A model generated the notes under the pieces. That model was not told where the DNA came from and searched no databases. It worked only from the letters and a program-made list of their open reading frames with translations. A stretch of DNA of 64,000 nucleotides from Candidatus Latescibacterota bacterium (GTDB lineage Bacteria; Latescibacterota; UBA2968; UBA8231): NCBI GenBank assembly GCA_965242865.1, contig CBDETK010000013.1, positions 384,001-448,000 of the forward strand, written 5' to 3'. This document shows positions 56,942 through 64,000 of the stretch, piece after piece (position 1 is the first letter of the stretch; each line of letters opens with the position of its first letter). Position numbers and translations under genes: made by a program.

Positions 56942-58408
56942 ATGTTTCGCGCCGAGCCAAATAACAGCTTGCGCCTCCAGCAAAAGCTGGCCCCGCAGCT
57001 AATCCAATCGCTGCGGGTGTTGCAGATGTCCACCTTTGATTTGGTGCAGGAGGTCAAGCAGCAGGTCGAACTCAATCCCTTGCTCGAAGAGGACTTTGAT
57101 ATACGCGAAGAATGGGACGAGGAACGGCGCGAGCAGGAGGAGGGGATCGCGGCCGAGGAGGAACTGCCCGAGGACCCGGAGGAGGTCCATTGGGACGCGG
57201 TGCTCAGCGACCAGTTCGACGCCGGCGCGTACAATACCGAGCGCACGGAGTACGATCCCAACTGGGAGGCCAATCGCGAGCCACAGGCCAACCGCATCAC
57301 CGCGATGCCCCCCCTCTTAGAGCCGCTTTACGAGCAGGTGTTGTTCAGCGACTTGGGGCCGGAAGAGCGCGTCATTGCCGAGTACATCTTGGGCAATATC
57401 GACGAGCGCGGGTACGTGGGCTGCTCGGCCGCCGAGATCGCCGCAGGTCTAAAAATTGAAGCCGCGGCCGTGCAAAAGGTGCTGCGCGTCATTCAGACGT
57501 TTGACCCGCCCGGGGTCGGCGCCCGCGATTTGCGCGAGTGCCTGATGATCCAGTTGCGCCGGCTCGACGACCCGCTCAGCAAGCTGGCCCTACGGGTGGT
57601 GCGCGACCACTTAGAGGACTTGGCCCGGCGGCGTCTGCGGCGCATTACCCGCGCCTTGGGCATCTCCGACGAGAAGCTCAAAGAGGTTGCGCAAGTAATC
57701 GAGCAATTACAGCCGCAGCCGAACCTGTCGGCGAGCAGCGACCCTAACAAGCTCTTGGCGCTCGATACCGAGGTGTCGTACATCACGCCGGACTTGATCG
57801 TCCAAAAAATTGGCGCGGAGTGGGTTGCAGCGCTGGCCGACGGGTCTGTGCCGTCCATAAAGATCAACGCGGCGTACCTGCATCTGCTCAACAACTCCCG
57901 CGGCGACATCAAGGACGCGGCCGACGACTACGTGGCCAAAAACCTCGACGACGCCCGCTGGTTCATCAACGCCATCGACCAGCGCCGCACCACCATGCTC
58001 AAGGTGGCCAATTACCTATTGCAGGCGCAGTTGCCCTTTTTCGAGGAGGGGCCGACGCGGCTGCGGCCCATGGTCTTGCAGGACTTGGCTGACGCGATCG
58101 GAATGCACGTCTCGACGATTAGCCGCGTCAGCAACGGCAAGTACATGCAGACGCCGCACGGGGTTTTTGAGCTGAAGTACTTCTTCGACAACAAGCTCAA
58201 CACAGACGAGGGCGAAGCAGTGTCGGTGCGCTCGGTGAAGGAGAAAATTTCCCAGCTCGTCGCCGCCGAGGACAAAGTCCAGCCGCTTTCGGATCAACAG
58301 CTCGTCGAGGAGTTGAACAAGGGCGGGTTGAAAATTGCGCGGCGAACAGTGGCCAAATACCGTGATCAGCTAAAAATCCCCGCGCAGCGATACCGCAGAG
58401 CGTTGTAG
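56942..58408 (+). CDS. rpoN: RNA polymerase sigma-54 factor
   Basis: Gln/Leu-rich region I, P.GVGARDL.ECL, H.STISR, RpoN box ARRTVAKYR. Confidence 0.97.
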   Translation: MFRAEPNNSLRLQQKLAPQLIQSLRVLQMSTFDLVQEVKQQVELNPLLEEDFDIREEWDEERREQEEGIAAEEELPEDPEEVHWDAVLSDQFDAGAYNTERTEYDPNWEANREPQANRITAMPPLLEPLYEQVLFSDLGPEERVIAEYILGNIDERGYVGCSAAEIAAGLKIEAAAVQKVLRVIQTFDPPGVGARDLRECLMIQLRRLDDPLSKLALRVVRDHLEDLARRRLRRITRALGISDEKLKEVAQVIEQLQPQPNLSASSDPNKLLALDTEVSYITPDLIVQKIGAEWVAALADGSVPSIKINAAYLHLLNNSRGDIKDAADDYVAKNLDDARWFINAIDQRRTTMLKVANYLLQAQLPFFEEGPTRLRPMVLQDLADAIGMHVSTISRVSNGKYMQTPHGVFELKYFFDNKLNTDEGEAVSVRSVKEKISQLVAAEDKVQPLSDQQLVEELNKGGLKIARRTVAKYRDQLKIPAQRYRRAL

Positions 58409-58476
58409 AGGGCCGAGCCAGAATCGCGTTACCCGCGTACCCGCGACCTCCTCCTTCAAGTACAACACGCGCCGCG

Positions 58477-58598
58477 CCGAACATCCATTGGAAAAAGGAC
58501 CGCGGCAAGATCAGTTCCCATGGTTCTGGAACAACGGCAATGTGCATTGGACCAAAGAGCAGAAACTCACGGCCCGAGACCGGGCGGAGGGCGCATGA
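58477..58598 (+). pseudogene. Probable fragmentary 3' end of a deleted DNA methyltransferase/restriction-type gene
   Basis: Frame-broken pieces PNIHWKKDRGK / DQFPWFW / HWTKEQKLTARDRAEGA*, with the stop overlapping the next ATG; family recalled from memory, not searched. Confidence 0.35.
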
Positions 58599-61420
58599 CG
58601 ATGACAAGCACACAGCAAAATTGGCCTTATCCCGGGTCGCGTTGGTGGAAGTTCGACTTCCACACGCATACGCCGGCGTCCGTTGATACCTACTGGGCTC
58701 GATCGGGTGACGCCCCATCCCCTGAATCATGGCTGCTCCGATACATGGCCGCCGAAATCGATTGTGTGGCAATCACGGACCACAATAGCGGTGCTTGGGT
58801 TGATCGCCTTAAAGCAGCTTACGAGGCGATGAAGGGGCAAGCCGATGAGGGATCGCCACCGGAAGGGTTTCGAGAACTGACGCTATTTCCGGGGGTCGAG
58901 ATTTCGGTACAGGGGGGATTCCACCTGCTCGCCATCCTAGATCCCGATACCACTACAAGCGACATCGATAAATTGCTGGGGCAGGTGGGTTACGACGGAA
59001 CCAAAGGATCCAGCGACGGAGTGACCCACAAGGGTGCCGCCGAGGTGGTCTGTGAAATTAGGGACGCCGGAGGCATTCCGATCCCAGCCCATGCCGACCG
59101 ACAAGGTGAAAATGGCAACGGCAAGGGCCTTCTCGCTGTACGTACAGATACCCGTAAACTCCAACTCGACGCCAACACGGTTCGCCAAGTGCTTGACACT
59201 GAATATCTACTGGCGATGGAGTGGGAAGACATGGCGAAACTTCTTCCTAAGTATGTTGAGAAACAAGCCAAAAAACTGACGCGGGTGCTCGGTAGCGACT
59301 GCCACAGCTTCCAAGGAACGGGTATTCACGGATCCCGTTTCACTTGGGTCAAGATGGCAAAACCTACATTGGAAGGGCTGCGTCTCGCGCTCTTAGATGG
59401 CAACGAAATCTCGATTCGACGGAGCGACGACGAGGGGGAGTTCGACCCATTCCAGAAGCCCACGCACTTCATCACCAGCGTTGCGGTCGAGTCTGCTCGA
59501 TTTATGGGTGTAAGGACCACGACACGACTTGTCCTCACACCGTACTACAACGCGCTGATTGGCGGGCGCGGAACCGGCAAGTCCACAATTGTTCATGCGT
59601 TGCGCCTTGCCTATCGGCGCGATAAAGAGTTACAGCATTTGGGCGAAAAAACAGAGCCCTATCGCCAGTTCAGAAGTTTTTCCCAATCTGTCAAGGGACG
59701 CAGCGGGGATGGTGGGTTGCGCGATGACACGGAAATTCGCGTGGAGCTGATGCGCGACGAGGTAGAGCACATCTTACGTTGGCGACACGATGGACAAAAG
59801 ACGGTTGTCGAAGAACGAGACACGGACGGCCAGTGGCAGCCCACTGCAAGCCAAGCGGTGAACTCCGAGCGTTTCCCAATCCGGCTGCTTTCGCAGGGCC
59901 AGATTGCGGCCATGGCCGGAGAGAATCGGCAGGCTTTGCTCGATGTCATTGACGACGCGGCTGATGTGGCCAAGTTACATCGCGCCTTTGACGAGACGAA
60001 GACCTCCTATTTAGCGCAGCGAGCTAGGCTGCGCGAACTGGAGGAAAAGTTAGCTAGGCGACCAGAGTTGGAACGCAGGCTCGCAGATTTGACCCGCAAG
60101 CTCGCAACGTTCACACAATCACATCACGCTGAAGTCCTGAAGGCTCATCAACAGGCACTGCGTCAACGCCGGGAGATCGATACGACTGCGGAACAATTGC
60201 GAGAAATGCCCGGACGCGTCACGGCGTTGGCCGAGGACTTGCTTCTCGACGACTGGCCAGATGGTGTCTTCAATGCCGCACAGGACAGCGATGCTCTCGC
60301 TTGGAGGAGCGAAGCCGAGCGGCTCGTGGCGGCAATGCAAGAGGCACTCACTCGTAGTGCCGACACATTTACGGACAAGGTGCAGGAGTGGCAAAAGGAC
60401 GAAAGATTCAGCCAGTGGCAACAGCGTGCCGAGAAGGCCGGATCGGACTACAAGGATCTTCAAGCGGTGCTCGCCGATCAGGGAGTGACCGATCCGCAAG
60501 CCTTTGGGCGGTTAGAACAGGAGCGCCAGAACCTCGAAGCGCAACTGAAGCAACTCGACTTGTTGAATCAGGATTGGGATCGCCTTGACGAGGAGAACAA
60601 AAACCAGTGGCAACGAGTGCTTGAAGCGCGTAAGGCCATCACTCGAAAGCGTGCCGAGTTTGTTGCGAAAACGCTGGAGACCAACCCCTTTGTGAAAATT
60701 GAGGTCGTCGGATTCGGCTTTGAGCCTCGTCATATCGAGCACAGCCTACGTAGAATTATCGAGGTGCCAGATGATCGTTTTGAATACGACATTCTGCGAG
60801 AGAAAGATGGCAAACCCGTTGGCGGCTTGGCCTTTGACATCGCGCAGGACGAAAATCGCGAAGTGAAGCTAGAGGATGCGAAACGACGCCTGATAGAAAT
60901 CTGCCCTAACTTCCGCGGCCAATTTCGCAACTACCTTGAACGCAAGCACGAGAAGCTGGAGTTCACCGATTACATCCAGTGCTGGTTTCCAGAGGACGAC
61001 CTGCGGATTGAGTACAGCCGCCAAGGGGACGGCAGCGATTGGACGTCCATCACCCAAGGCTCGCAAGGACAGCGTTCAGCCGCACTACTGGCATTCCTGC
61101 TTGCATTCGGCGATGAGCCCCTTGTATTGGATCAGCCCGAGGACGATCTGGACAATCACCTGATTTACGACTTGGTCGTACGACAGATTCGCGAGAACAA
61201 ATTGCGGCGACAACTGATCATAGTCACCCACAACCCCAACGTGATGATCAACGGAGACGCGGAAATGGTCCATGCCTTCAATTTTAGTGGCGGTCAATGC
61301 AGAGTCATTGAGCACGGTGCCCTACAGGAAAAAGCAGTCCGTGAAGAAGTCTGCCGGGTCATGGAGGGCGGACGAGAGGCGTTCGCTCGGCGCTGGGAAC
61401 GCTTGGGACGAGAAAGCTGA
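58595..61420 (+). CDS. PHP-domain + ABC/AAA ATPase fusion (TrlF/Ppl-like anti-phage protein)
   Basis: WWKFDFHTHTPAS, ITDHN, GSDCH; GGRGTGKST; S.GQR, LDQPEDDLD, VTHN. Confidence 0.88.
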   Translation: MTMTSTQQNWPYPGSRWWKFDFHTHTPASVDTYWARSGDAPSPESWLLRYMAAEIDCVAITDHNSGAWVDRLKAAYEAMKGQADEGSPPEGFRELTLFPGVEISVQGGFHLLAILDPDTTTSDIDKLLGQVGYDGTKGSSDGVTHKGAAEVVCEIRDAGGIPIPAHADRQGENGNGKGLLAVRTDTRKLQLDANTVRQVLDTEYLLAMEWEDMAKLLPKYVEKQAKKLTRVLGSDCHSFQGTGIHGSRFTWVKMAKPTLEGLRLALLDGNEISIRRSDDEGEFDPFQKPTHFITSVAVESARFMGVRTTTRLVLTPYYNALIGGRGTGKSTIVHALRLAYRRDKELQHLGEKTEPYRQFRSFSQSVKGRSGDGGLRDDTEIRVELMRDEVEHILRWRHDGQKTVVEERDTDGQWQPTASQAVNSERFPIRLLSQGQIAAMAGENRQALLDVIDDAADVAKLHRAFDETKTSYLAQRARLRELEEKLARRPELERRLADLTRKLATFTQSHHAEVLKAHQQALRQRREIDTTAEQLREMPGRVTALAEDLLLDDWPDGVFNAAQDSDALAWRSEAERLVAAMQEALTRSADTFTDKVQEWQKDERFSQWQQRAEKAGSDYKDLQAVLADQGVTDPQAFGRLEQERQNLEAQLKQLDLLNQDWDRLDEENKNQWQRVLEARKAITRKRAEFVAKTLETNPFVKIEVVGFGFEPRHIEHSLRRIIEVPDDRFEYDILREKDGKPVGGLAFDIAQDENREVKLEDAKRRLIEICPNFRGQFRNYLERKHEKLEFTDYIQCWFPEDDLRIEYSRQGDGSDWTSITQGSQGQRSAALLAFLLAFGDEPLVLDQPEDDLDNHLIYDLVVRQIRENKLRRQLIIVTHNPNVMINGDAEMVHAFNFSGGQCRVIEHGALQEKAVREEVCRVMEGGREAFARRWERLGRES

Positions 61421-61421
61421 G

Positions 61422-62678
61422 ATGTTTGAAACACGCGAAGAACTACTAGAGAAGATCCACCTAGGCGAAGACAGCTTTCTCGAACTGAAGGAGGTGCGCT
61501 TTGCCGGAGGCAAAATCCGCGGCCCAAGGAGAGAAGACCTCGCCGATGAGTTGGCGTCCTTCGCCAACAGTCACGGCGGCGTCCTCGTCCTAGGCGTCCA
61601 AGACACACCGCGTGAGATTCTGGGTATCGCTCTCAGCGACCTCAGTAGAGCCGAGCTTGCCGTACGCGAGATTTGCCGCGATGCGATCGAGCCACCGCTG
61701 GCACCCGTAATAGAGCGCCTCTGGCTGCCAACAACCGGCGGGGATGTAGCCGTCATCAAAATTGATGTGGCCCAAAGTTTGTTCGTCCACCAAAGCCCCG
61801 GAGGGTTTATTTACCGAATCGGCAGCGAGAAACGTCGCATGTCGACCGAATATATCGCCCGGTTAATATCGCAGCGTTCGCAGACGCGAATGATTCGCTT
61901 CGACGAAGATGTCGTTACCGGAAGTACGCTGAACGATTTGCAGCCCGATCTATTTGAACGATTTCGCACCACCCGATCGGCCAGAGACCTTCGGCGCTTC
62001 TTGTCCAATTTGCACATGGTGCGCTCGGACGAAAAAGGTGAACTCAGACCCACCGTAGCCGGCGTACTGATCGGCACATCCGATGCGCGACCTTGGTTGC
62101 CTAATGCATACATCCAAGCGGTGGCCTATCGAGGAACAAGAATTAGGGCGGGATCGGACGATCCGTACCAAATCGATGCGGAAGATCTGGTCGGCCCCTT
62201 AGATCAGCAAATTGAGGACGCTTGCCGGTTCGTCGCAAAGAACATGAAGACAGCAGCTTTCAAGAACATGGGGAGATCGGACAGACCGCAGTTCGATATG
62301 TCGGCGGTCTTTGAAGCAGTCGTCAACGCAGTAGCGCATCGCGATTACTCAATCTACAGCTCGAAAATTCGGATGCGACTTTTTGAGGATCGCCTAGAAC
62401 TTTATTCTCCCGGTTCGATCCCGAATTCCATGTCCGTAGAAGCTCTAAGCGATATCCAAGCTACGAGAAACGAAGTGGTCACGAGCTTACTGGCCAAAAT
62501 TCCGGTCCCGGATCGACCTTGGCTGACCACTGATCGCTCGACCCTGATGGACCGGCGGGGCGAAGGTGTAAGCGTCATCTTGGACAACAGCGAGCAACTC
62601 TCCGGGAAGACGCCGGAGTATCGAATGATCGGTGGCGAAGAACTCCTTCTGACAATTTGGGCCGCGCATGGATCGTGA
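61422..62678 (+). CDS. Schlafen AlbA_2 + HATPase_c_4 domain protein
   Basis: GED..LELKE, FANSHGGVLVLGV.D, EAVVNAVAHRDY, DRLELYSPG, RGEG. Confidence 0.85.
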   Translation: MFETREELLEKIHLGEDSFLELKEVRFAGGKIRGPRREDLADELASFANSHGGVLVLGVQDTPREILGIALSDLSRAELAVREICRDAIEPPLAPVIERLWLPTTGGDVAVIKIDVAQSLFVHQSPGGFIYRIGSEKRRMSTEYIARLISQRSQTRMIRFDEDVVTGSTLNDLQPDLFERFRTTRSARDLRRFLSNLHMVRSDEKGELRPTVAGVLIGTSDARPWLPNAYIQAVAYRGTRIRAGSDDPYQIDAEDLVGPLDQQIEDACRFVAKNMKTAAFKNMGRSDRPQFDMSAVFEAVVNAVAHRDYSIYSSKIRMRLFEDRLELYSPGSIPNSMSVEALSDIQATRNEVVTSLLAKIPVPDRPWLTTDRSTLMDRRGEGVSVILDNSEQLSGKTPEYRMIGGEELLLTIWAAHGS

Positions 62679-62696
62679 ACTCGGGTTAGCCGCGAC

Positions 62697-63941
62697 TTAG
62701 CGCAAGCGCCCTGCGCCGTCAAAAGCCATCTCGGCCAGTGCGCCGGTTTGCGCTAAATCGGGATGGTCGCCGCATTCTCGCAGCAGGCTGGCGGATAGGT
62801 GAATGTGGCCGAGGTCGAGCGTGTTTTTGATGCGGACGATGCGCGCCTGTTCGGGGCGAGCGAGGTTTTGCACGGCCAGCGCGGCCTCAATGGCGGCGCG
62901 GTCGGTTTCCATGACGACCGGGACGTACGCGCGATTGAGGAAGGTGGTGGTCAATGCGTTGGCGTACGTGGACTTGAAGTCGATGCGCTCGTACAGGCGG
63001 CGGGTGATGATGTCGGCGAGGCCGACGCCGTTGGCGTTGCCGTGGGTTTCGTCGGTCAGGTCGAGCACCACGATGCGAGCCGTGCCCGGCACCTCCGGCT
63101 CCTTGACCCCGGGGAGGAGCATGCGGCCGACGACGTTGGTGTCCATGCCCGTGCCCGAGATGTTCTTGCCAATTTGATCGATGATTAGCAGATCGATGCC
63201 TTGGGCTAAGATGCGGGGCATGGCGCGCCGCGCTTCCTCCAAAAGCTGGGGCTCGCGGCTTTGGAACTGCCCGGGTTGCAGGGCCTCAACGCGGAGGGTC
63301 TCTTCATAAGCGTTTTCCACGAGGGCCACCCCGAGAAGGATCGGTGCTTGGTCGAGGATGCAGCGGCCCCAAGCCGGAATCAGGCGGGCGAGGCTGTCGG
63401 CTCCTCCGGCGTGGGCGATGGTCGCGCCGCGATGGCTGCCCAAGCCAATGGTCATCATCTTCATCAGGCCGCTTTCAAACTGGCCGCGGAAGGAGGTGTG
63501 CGGCTTGACGCGGTTGATGAGCACCACGCCATCGGCTTCGGTCGCGAGCCGGTTGAGCAGCACCGGAGTGCCGTCGCTGAGTTGGCCCACCTCGACGACG
63601 TCCATGGTCGCCTCGACCGGGCAGCCCATGCTTTCGGCGTCGAGCCCGTAACCGGCCAGCACCTGCTTTTGGCCCTCGGCCGTGGCGCCGCCGTGGCTGC
63701 CCATCGCCGGCAGCAAGAAGGGCGCGCCACCAGCCTCCTTGACGCAATCGACGACGGTGCGGGTGATGAGCGGGATATTGGCGATGCCCCGGCTGCCGCC
63801 GGTGACGGCAATCCGGGCGCCGGGGGCGCTGGCGTCGGCGAGCCCGGCGTGCGCTAGCTGGCGGCGCACCTCGCCAGCCACGTCCGCGAGCGAGTCGCGG
63901 GCAAAGCGCTGCTCGACCGGGGCCATTTGCGGTAGTTGCAC
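62697..63941 (-). CDS. Lactate-racemase-domain (LarA_N / DUF362-like) protein
   Basis: GSRGIANI, PAMGSHGGATAEGQ, INRVKPHT.F, GKNISGTGMDTNVVGR. Confidence 0.8.
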   Translation of the reverse strand: MQLPQMAPVEQRFARDSLADVAGEVRRQLAHAGLADASAPGARIAVTGGSRGIANIPLITRTVVDCVKEAGGAPFLLPAMGSHGGATAEGQKQVLAGYGLDAESMGCPVEATMDVVEVGQLSDGTPVLLNRLATEADGVVLINRVKPHTSFRGQFESGLMKMMTIGLGSHRGATIAHAGGADSLARLIPAWGRCILDQAPILLGVALVENAYEETLRVEALQPGQFQSREPQLLEEARRAMPRILAQGIDLLIIDQIGKNISGTGMDTNVVGRMLLPGVKEPEVPGTARIVVLDLTDETHGNANGVGLADIITRRLYERIDFKSTYANALTTTFLNRAYVPVVMETDRAAIEAALAVQNLARPEQARIVRIKNTLDLGHIHLSASLLRECGDHPDLAQTGALAEMAFDGAGRLR

Positions 63942-64000
63942 GGTGCGTACCTCTATCCCTCGCCGACCAAGGCCGCGCGCAAACGCTGGGCGCGCTCGAG

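Noticed and set aside
1-64000. tRNA, rRNA, intact IS/transposase or prophage genes
   Set aside because: None recognised by eye; a covariance-model scan would be needed to exclude small RNAs

Overview
GC-rich bacterial window. The gene style (FlgD-Ig/T9SS-like 'YPNPFNP' tails, DUF4159, a DUF6785-like membrane protein, CRTAC1) suggests Latescibacterota or a related FCB-group lineage, which is an inference. The left ~27.6 kb is an amplified minus-strand locus built from four copies of one ~520-bp module. Each module runs: phased 21-bp repeats (putative enhancer), an IHF-like site, a consensus sigma-54 promoter, then a near-invariant 44-aa signal/leader fused to a hypervariable mature peptide. 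All four peptides have exactly 8 Cys. Each peptide gene is followed by a covarying RNA hairpin and then 1-3 paralogous secreted ~700-750-aa proteins (CBM-like domain, FG-GAP propeller, FlgD-Ig/T9SS-like tail); there are 8 intact copies and one remnant. A propeller-sensor sigma-54 activator lies inside the array. This peptide/propeller array is the best candidate for an undescribed system. The right part holds accessory and housekeeping genes (metallohydrolase, ABC permeases, SDR, decayed toxin-antitoxin pair, CRTAC1/TPR, M42 peptidase, ECF sigma with its own sigma-54 promoter, rfbC, smc, gatC, pyrG, lptB, rpoN). It also has two inserted defence-like islands: PAPS-reductase-like/SF2 helicase/MORC ATPase/PLD, and PHP-ATPase/AlbA_2. 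All family calls come from motif recognition by eye; no database searches were run.
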